Source: a virus. From it: DNA of 64,000 bases. Position 1 is the stretch's first letter. Each line of letters starts with the position of its first letter. This document shows, in pieces, positions 8,909 to 14,903 of this stretch. The notes under the pieces are model-generated. The model ran no database searches, was not told the origin of the DNA, and was given only the letters and a program-made list of their open reading frames with translations. The stretch lies in the IMG/VR virus record IMGVR_UViG_3300045999_002371, positions 1-64,000 of that record. One strand, given 5' to 3'. A program made the position numbers and the translations under genes.

Positions 8909-9083
8909 TCCAAACGACATAATGCTATTTACTCGTGAAGAGGCGGTTCAACTAAGTGGGCAAGTGCTTACCGATGAACAATGGAAACTAATTAGAAGAG
9001 AGATCGTTACTAACGACACCATGTGGGAAGTAATCGATGAATGTATTCAGAACTCGATCAATGCGGTGCTAGATAATGGTTAA
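8901..9083 (+). CDS. Hypothetical protein
   Basis: ORF track; AAGGA RBS. Confidence 0.65.
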   Translation: MLNPNDIMLFTREEAVQLSGQVLTDEQWKLIRREIVTNDTMWEVIDECIQNSINAVLDNG

Positions 9084-9561
9084 TACATTCTTACCTTTCC
9101 CTGACTTCGTAGAGACTGCCAAAGCACTCGATTACAAGCGATTAGGCAAGCAACGAGTAGAGGCGTGGCAGATACTTCAAGCGTTGCGTGGTGAGACTAA
9201 GGGCTGGACTAATCACCCTGCTACAAAGATGTGGCGTGGTCATGAGCGACTTCTATGTGAATACGGAATCGCAATCTGCAAAGAATGGATTGATCGTGGT
9301 TACAAAGACACCATGCTCGATCGATTCGTTGCGGTGCATTCGTTACTACCTGAATGCGAAGTACCTGTGTGGTTGGGTGATTCGTCATTCCATGAATCTC
9401 ATCAGAGCAACTTAAAACGCAAAGATGCAGATCACTACAACTTCAATGTTGAAAACGATCTTCCCTATTTATGGTTTGATCGAATGCTTGGCAACTTCAA
9501 AGTGTTTACGATTGGAAAAAAACCTAGTGAAACTAAACAGAAAACTGGTGCATCGAATTGA
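9076..9561 (+). CDS. Pyrimidine-dimer DNA glycosylase-like protein (MSMEG_6728/DenV-related)
   Basis: TFLPFPDF...LDYKRLGKQRVEAWQIL...GWTNHPATKMWRG...SHQSNL.RKD family signature. Confidence 0.88.
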   Translation: MVNTFLPFPDFVETAKALDYKRLGKQRVEAWQILQALRGETKGWTNHPATKMWRGHERLLCEYGIAICKEWIDRGYKDTMLDRFVAVHSLLPECEVPVWLGDSSFHESHQSNLKRKDADHYNFNVENDLPYLWFDRMLGNFKVFTIGKKPSETKQKTGASN

Positions 9562-9749
9562 AGGACTGGCTCACTACTACCGACATCGCACAACAAACAG
9601 GGCTAAAGATCGACACGATCTACACCTATCGCAAGCGAAACACCCTTCCCGAACCCGATCACATGATCGGCAATCGACCACTATGGAAGCAAGAAACAAT
9701 CGATGAGTGGAACTCTTATCGCACAACTCAAATAGAAACGGAGAAATAA
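9558..9749 (+). CDS. AlpA/excisionase-like HTH DNA-binding protein
   Basis: LTTTDIA...GLKIDTIYTY...LPEPD..IG.RPLW...TIDEW. Confidence 0.85.
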   Translation: MKDWLTTTDIAQQTGLKIDTIYTYRKRNTLPEPDHMIGNRPLWKQETIDEWNSYRTTQIETEK

Positions 9750-9753
9750 ATAA

Positions 9754-9981
9754 ATGGTTGCAAATGTAATCAGTAGCGAAACATCATCATCAACTCATGT
9801 GATCGAGTTTCCAATGAATGGAAACACTTTCACCGCCAAAGTATTTATTGGTGAGTGGGGCGTTGATGTTGATTGGTTTATTGGTGAGGACTTTATTGCG
9901 ATCGATGATCGCTGGAAGGTTCTGCCAACTGAACTCTATGATCTCGATGATTCGGATTGGGAAGAGATTCTTTATCCATGA
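9754..9981 (+). CDS. Hypothetical acidic protein
   Basis: GGAG RBS; ORF track. Confidence 0.65.
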   Translation: MVANVISSETSSSTHVIEFPMNGNTFTAKVFIGEWGVDVDWFIGEDFIAIDDRWKVLPTELYDLDDSDWEEILYP

Positions 9982-10133
9982 GTACCTACAAAGTAACTTT
10001 CGTATGGACACGATCGATCGAAGTCGAATGCGATTCCGAAGATCAAGCGAATCAACTCGGTGAACTATGGCTATCCGAAGCAGTACCGCAGATAGCCCAT
10101 GACACCGAGTGGGATAGCGAACTCGTTGAGTAA
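9978..10133 (+). CDS. Small hypothetical protein, 51 aa (MSTYKVTFVWTRSIEVECDSEDQA...)
   Basis: Manual translation; ATGA overlap; similar motif to the 8559 ORF. Confidence 0.6.
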   Translation: MSTYKVTFVWTRSIEVECDSEDQANQLGELWLSEAVPQIAHDTEWDSELVE

Positions 10134-10212
10134 CTCTCAGCCCTGATCTGGGGCTATTAGAAGTTACTTCAAGCCCACATAAGCAGATTCCCTAAGCCCA
10201 AAGTCACTATTC

Positions 10213-10248
10213 GCCCCTAGCCCCTGATCGGGCTAGGGGCTATTTTTT
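10213..10248 (+). terminator. Rho-independent terminator
   Basis: GCCCCTAGCCC-N6-GGGCTAGGGGC followed by TATTTTTT. Confidence 0.85.
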
Positions 10249-10257
10249 GCATTCGAA

Positions 10258-10289
10258 GTTACTGGTGAGTAACATTACTCATCAGTAAC
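10258..10289. promoter_or_regulatory. Tandem 16-bp palindromic operator-like sites (RTTACT-N4-AGTAAC x2) upstream of the recombinase
   Basis: GTTACTGGTGAGTAAC followed by ATTACTCATCAGTAAC; the pair is also a 15-bp inverted repeat with 1 mismatch. Confidence 0.6.
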
Positions 10290-10306
10290 ATGAAGGGGGG
10301 AAGATC

Positions 10307-11569
10307 ATGGCTTATGTCGTAAAGCGTGGAGATAGGTTTACAGGCTATTACCGAAAGGGCGGAAAACGCCTTTCAGCAGGTACATGGGGCTCGGAGATCG
10401 ATGCCATGTATCACGCCTCAAAAGCAGAGGCATCGGGCGTTAGCGAGCCTTCTAGGGCTGTATTTACCCTATCGACCTACATCGATTCATGGTTGCCGAC
10501 CGCCGATCTCATGCCGATCACTCGCAAGGGCTATCGGTCAGTCCTTGATCGCTATGTCCTGCCCACTCTCGGAGATCGCAAAGTAACTTCGATCGATAGA
10601 CGGGCGATTCAAGAGTTACTTCAAGGGCTCAGGGGTCAGGGGATAGGTTCAGCCACCCTGAATCAGATCAAGGCATCGCTAGGGTCTGCCCTCTCCCAGT
10701 TAGTCGATACAGGAGAATTAACTCAGAACCCTACTCATGGGATTCGTATTAAGGCGAAACAGTTAGACATCTCGAATGTCGTAGAGCCCGAAGAGTTTAA
10801 GGCGATCATTCAGCACCTACCGACCGAAGGGGCTCAGTTATTCGCCCGATTCTTAGTCGCATCAGGTTGCCGATTCGGGGAAGCCACCGAGATCAGGGTC
10901 AAAGACATCAACCTAAAGACAGGCGAAGTCTATGTCCAAAGGCGAGTCAGCGATCTAGGGTCAAGCCATACCAGCAGGTTTCTAGTCGTAGAAGCCACAA
11001 AGTCGGGTCATAAGCGAAGCCTTATGTTAAGCAAAGCCTTACTACAAGAGATTCAGGGCTATGTCATAGCAAAAGCCCTATCAAAAGATGACCTGTTGTT
11101 CCCAAGAACGATCATCTTAACAACAGGTAAACTAAAGACTTCTCGTGGAGAAATGTCTAAGCGACCATTCGCCCAAGACGGAAAACTGTTCCAGCATGGA
11201 ACTCTGTACGCCTATACACATGGGCGTTGCCGATGTGAGGCTTGCCGAGAGTCGGTGCGAAAGCACAGGCAAAAGGCAAAGCCATACCAAAAGCGACAGG
11301 GATTCATCGACCATACGAGCCACCTACCACGAGATGTATGGAGAACTACATGGAACAAGGCAATAGCCAAGTCAGGCATCGGGTGGAGTCCTAGAACCCA
11401 TGATCTCAGACACGCTAACGCTACCCAACTTCTAAAAAGTGGGGTAGATGTGCATGAGGTCAAGGAACGCTTAGGACATCAGTCGATAAAGACGACAGAG
11501 CGATACCTACATCGCCTTCGTCACAACCAGTCAAAGGCATCAGAAAGTGTCAATGACTTTTTGGAGTGA
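10307..11569 (+). CDS. int: Tyrosine recombinase/integrase with a zinc-finger-like insertion
   Basis: SAM-like N-domain; catalytic R (SGCRFGE), K (TKS), HxxR (HDLRH), H (LGH), Y (TTERY); insertion HGTLYAYTHGRCRCEAC. Confidence 0.92.
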   Translation: MAYVVKRGDRFTGYYRKGGKRLSAGTWGSEIDAMYHASKAEASGVSEPSRAVFTLSTYIDSWLPTADLMPITRKGYRSVLDRYVLPTLGDRKVTSIDRRAIQELLQGLRGQGIGSATLNQIKASLGSALSQLVDTGELTQNPTHGIRIKAKQLDISNVVEPEEFKAIIQHLPTEGAQLFARFLVASGCRFGEATEIRVKDINLKTGEVYVQRRVSDLGSSHTSRFLVVEATKSGHKRSLMLSKALLQEIQGYVIAKALSKDDLLFPRTIILTTGKLKTSRGEMSKRPFAQDGKLFQHGTLYAYTHGRCRCEACRESVRKHRQKAKPYQKRQGFIDHTSHLPRDVWRTTWNKAIAKSGIGWSPRTHDLRHANATQLLKSGVDVHEVKERLGHQSIKTTERYLHRLRHNQSKASESVNDFLE

Positions 11570-12147
11570 TGATGAAACTAACACGAAGAGGCAAGATCGT
11601 ATTCGGATCGCTATTTACGGCGATCTTCGTAGCAAGTGGGGTAGTGGTACTGCCACCAGCCTTCTCGCCTACGAAAGCCGAAGCACAGATCGAGCAGAAG
11701 CAATACCAAAAGCGATACCAAGAGCGAGCCCTAGCCAAGTACGAGAACGCACACAGACTAACTAAGACAGAGTTAGTCAACCTGCTTCACGCAGTTGGCT
11801 TCGAAGGGCAAGCCTTACGCTATGCGTGGGCTATCGCTATGAAGGAATCAAGAGGAAACCCTCTCTCCCACAACGGCAATCGAGAGACAGGGGATAACTC
11901 ATTCGGGTTATTCCAAGTCAACATGATTGATTCATTGGGACAAGATCGTAGGGACAAGTTCAGTTTGGAGTACAACGCCCAACTGTTGAATCCTGTGGTC
12001 AATGCTCAGATTGCTTATCACATGAGCAATCAAGGCAAGAACTGGAGAGCATGGAAAGGTGTCAACAACTCAGTAGTCAAAGAGTGGTTGAAGCAGTTCC
12101 CTGAGTCTCGTGCTAAAGCACTAGCAAAAGGAAAAGCAACAGAGTAA
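11566..12147 (+). CDS. Membrane-anchored/secreted lytic transglycosylase (lysozyme-like fold)
   Basis: LTRRG plus N-terminal TM helix; catalytic AMKES motif, GLFQVN, LLNPVVNAQIA, W..W. Confidence 0.85.
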   Translation: MMMKLTRRGKIVFGSLFTAIFVASGVVVLPPAFSPTKAEAQIEQKQYQKRYQERALAKYENAHRLTKTELVNLLHAVGFEGQALRYAWAIAMKESRGNPLSHNGNRETGDNSFGLFQVNMIDSLGQDRRDKFSLEYNAQLLNPVVNAQIAYHMSNQGKNWRAWKGVNNSVVKEWLKQFPESRAKALAKGKATE

Positions 12148-12158
12148 GCAATAGGAGA

Positions 12159-12187
12159 AGCCCCGTCAGAAATGGCGGGGCTATCTT
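12159..12187 (+). terminator. Hairpin/terminator with GAAA loop
   Basis: AGCCCCGTCA-GAAA-TGGCGGGGCT. Confidence 0.65.
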
Positions 12188-12238
12188 CGAAGTAACTCTA
12201 CCTGGCAGCCAGGTGAGTTAGTTAGTTAGGGGGCGAAC

Positions 12239-12655
12239 ATGGCAAGTGGCGGTATGCAGGACTGGCAGTCAATGAGCCATAGCAAAGCAAAGCCATACCA
12301 GAAGCCATACCAGAAGCAAGAGCAGTTCCCAAAGGAATACCACAAGGACAAGCAGTGGGTTCAAGACGAACTGCCCTTTACCGATAAGCCTTGGCGTGAG
12401 AGATCTCTTACTGATACTGAAGTAGAAGAACTCTTTTGGCGCGATTTAGTTCAGTTAGGCTGGAAGTTTCAAGCCTATGGAGAGAACCCAAGAAGCAGGA
12501 ACATTGTGTTGCCTTGCCCATACTGTGAGTTAGTTATTGATAGCCACACCATCATCACAGAGTCAAATGCCAAGAAGATGAAAGACAAGTATTACTGCGA
12601 GCAGATCCTTAGAAAGCACAAGGGTCTTGAATGCAAAGCCATACTAGAAGACTAA
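12239..12655 (+). CDS. Hypothetical protein (CPYC motif; KPYQ repeats arise from the DNA repeat)
   Basis: AGGGGG RBS; ORF track. Confidence 0.6.
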   Translation: MASGGMQDWQSMSHSKAKPYQKPYQKQEQFPKEYHKDKQWVQDELPFTDKPWRERSLTDTEVEELFWRDLVQLGWKFQAYGENPRSRNIVLPCPYCELVIDSHTIITESNAKKMKDKYYCEQILRKHKGLECKAILED

Positions 12656-12704
12656 GCAATAGCAAAAGCCCTACCAAAAGGCAGGGCTTCCGCTTTGTAT
12701 TGCT
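12655..12704. terminator. Hairpin between convergent transcription blocks (probable bidirectional terminator)
   Basis: AAGCCCT..CC-AAAA-GG..AGGGCTT, extended by AGCAATA/TATTGCT. Confidence 0.65.
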
Positions 12705-12707
12705 AGA

Positions 12708-14744
12708 TTACTTAGGTTGATTGTCTGTAATTAGTTTTACTTCGCAAGCATCAGTTGTGCAGTAAGCCTCACCAATAGCATCAGCAGCCATTCCTGCATA
12801 GACACCAGAGAAGTCAATAGGGAACAGTTGCATTACGCCCTGCTCTTCGTACTCCTTCTCAGTGATCTGTGTGTATGGCATCTGAGGATAGACATGGTTA
12901 CCACTAGGCAAGAATGAAACAGTCTTAAGTTGACCATCGTACATATGCAAAGCCGTACCAATAGCCGAGGCTTCCTTCTCTGGATCAAATGAGATCGTTA
13001 CAGAGACAGAGTTATCTGACCAATAGCGTTGAGCAGTAGCAGCAAGTGCCATCTTCTCGTAGATACTTACATCCTTCTCACTTCGCTTTGCATCAGACTT
13101 GATAGGGAAGAAGACAACGGAAGTCGTATCAGGAGACTCACTTGCTGGTTCTACTCTGTAGTTAGCAAGTTTGAATAGTGGAAGCATTGGATCGTTGTTT
13201 GAGAAACGAATTGCACGATTGAAGTACTGACCACCTACAGTCCAGTGAACTCCTGGAGATTCTCCAGCAAGGATCGAAACTGTTCCTGATGGCTTAACTG
13301 TTGTCATCTTGATTGACTCACGGATACCAAGCCACTCTGAGTAGTTGGTGTCGTATGACTTGATGACTTTGTAGCCTTCATCCATCCATTGACGCAGGAC
13401 TGGAAGTCCCTTGTTGTCTGCAAAGTTTGCAACACCAGAGACTGATGTACCGATGCGACGATTGCGTTGCATGATTGCGTTGGTCTCTTCCCAGTGAGTT
13501 GGAAGAAGTGTCACAGTCTTTGCGTAGAGATAGGCGAACTTCAATGTGCGCTTGAAATCTTCAAGGTCTGTGTGACGATTGAGATAGGTCTCTACCAATG
13601 TGCAGCACTCGTAGGACTCTAGTGATTGCTCAGCACATGGGTTATACCCTGCAATACGCCAGTCCTTGTTGTTGATTGGATCAGCAAGGCGACCATATTG
13701 CTTGGAGATGTCCATCCAAATAACTCCTGGCTCTCCATTGCGAGCAATACCTTCGATGATCCCATCAAGGTTATCGCCCACGTTGACAGCCACAGAGTTG
13801 TTAGACATCCAGCCATGAGTCATACGCTCTGGATACTTCTCGTAGTTCTTTAGGTTCAAGAACTCTTCATCATCGATGCGACCGATCAATAGTTCTGCAG
13901 AGCGACGGACGTTGCCAGATACAACGCATACACCGATCATGTTGCCGATGTCTGCGATGTCACGACGAGTCAACTTCTGACCAGCACGATCCTTGAATAG
14001 GTCATGGATGTACTGGTGCATCTTGATTAGCGGGTCTGCTCCTGCTGCTGTGCCACCGAAGGTGCGGATTGGTTCGCCTGCTGGACGGATCGCTTCGTAA
14101 TTAAATATTGGAGTCTTCGTATCTGGCTTGAGGTAGGCATTGATGAGGGTGGCTGTTGATTCAACCCAACCCTCTCTGGTGTCTGGGATGTCATAGGCGT
14201 ATTCTCCTTGTGGTGCATAGATGATGAACTCTTTGTCTGCTCCCTTGTCATCAAAGCCCACACCGACTCCGAGCATTGATGCCTCCATGAGGAATGCGAA
14301 AGGCTTTGCTGGATCTGTCTTGACCATCGATCCAGTTGAGACGAAGGCACAGTTCTGCAACGCTGCAGAGTTGCGATGCTCATTGACTAGTGGGGTTCCC
14401 ATAACCCATAGACCTCGTCCAGGTGGTGTCCACTTCAAGTTCCATAAGCGATCGAATGCTTCTTTGGCTGAGGCTGCTGCCTTTGCATCTGACCATGGCA
14501 AACGGTTTGTCTTTGCGTGATCCTTCTGTAATGAGTACATGCCGTTGATGACTCGTTCACATACATCAACCCATGTCTCCTTCGTACCATCTGCCTTGAG
14601 GCGAGAATAGGTACGCAAGAAAGTAATCTCTCCCACTGAGTTGCCCGCTGCATCTTGATAACCGAACGGCGCTTTCTTTGAGCGATACGGTCCAATGAAA
14701 TCCTCAGTCAGTTTGAAAGATAATGTTGTCATAACCCCTACCAT
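12708..14744 (-). CDS. nrdJ: Class II (adenosylcobalamin-dependent) ribonucleotide reductase
   Basis: RTYSR, PPGRGLW, ALQNCAF, GNVRRSA, NPCAEQ, TVKPSGT, C-terminal CTTDAC. Confidence 0.95.
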   Translation of the reverse strand: MVGVMTTLSFKLTEDFIGPYRSKKAPFGYQDAAGNSVGEITFLRTYSRLKADGTKETWVDVCERVINGMYSLQKDHAKTNRLPWSDAKAAASAKEAFDRLWNLKWTPPGRGLWVMGTPLVNEHRNSAALQNCAFVSTGSMVKTDPAKPFAFLMEASMLGVGVGFDDKGADKEFIIYAPQGEYAYDIPDTREGWVESTATLINAYLKPDTKTPIFNYEAIRPAGEPIRTFGGTAAGADPLIKMHQYIHDLFKDRAGQKLTRRDIADIGNMIGVCVVSGNVRRSAELLIGRIDDEEFLNLKNYEKYPERMTHGWMSNNSVAVNVGDNLDGIIEGIARNGEPGVIWMDISKQYGRLADPINNKDWRIAGYNPCAEQSLESYECCTLVETYLNRHTDLEDFKRTLKFAYLYAKTVTLLPTHWEETNAIMQRNRRIGTSVSGVANFADNKGLPVLRQWMDEGYKVIKSYDTNYSEWLGIRESIKMTTVKPSGTVSILAGESPGVHWTVGGQYFNRAIRFSNNDPMLPLFKLANYRVEPASESPDTTSVVFFPIKSDAKRSEKDVSIYEKMALAATAQRYWSDNSVSVTISFDPEKEASAIGTALHMYDGQLKTVSFLPSGNHVYPQMPYTQITEKEYEEQGVMQLFPIDFSGVYAGMAADAIGEAYCTTDACEVKLITDNQPK

Positions 14745-14903
14745 TTCTATAAATGTCTAAATACCCCTCTGTGGGTTGCTTAGTATTGCGCTTGGAAACC
14801 TATCATGCATCTGCTAACTTTGCGAAGTACTATTGCCAAAAGAAAATGGTCAACTACGGGTGAGATATGTTTCACACCCTGTTAACTGCTGTTATCAGAT
14901 AAG

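Larger units (their letters stand above)
10963..12680 (+). repeat. Dispersed/tandem array of a degenerate 15-bp motif AAGC(C/A)(A/C)TA(C/G)CA(A/G)AAG, 12-bp period when tandem
   Basis: Copies at about 10963, 11017, 11034, 11073, 11279, 11698, 11710, 12116, 12146, 12290, 12302, 12332, 12636, 12654, 12666; all on the + strand. Confidence 0.75.

Noticed and set aside
1-12000. Cyanobacterial HIP1 (GCGATCGC) as the cause of GATC enrichment
   Set aside because: The full octamer was not seen, flanks vary, and gene content points to an actinobacterial host.
10963-12680. Repeat array as a CRISPR or mini-CRISPR array
   Set aside because: Units are only 12-15 bp, degenerate, irregularly spaced and inside coding genes, with no constant-length spacers.
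12655-12708. Chimeric assembly junction explaining the compositional shift
   Set aside because: Not favoured: both sides have WhiB, paralogous muramidase domains and apparent AGCT/CCGG avoidance, GATC excess decays gradually into nrdJ, and the junction is a clean shared hairpin. It cannot be excluded without reads.
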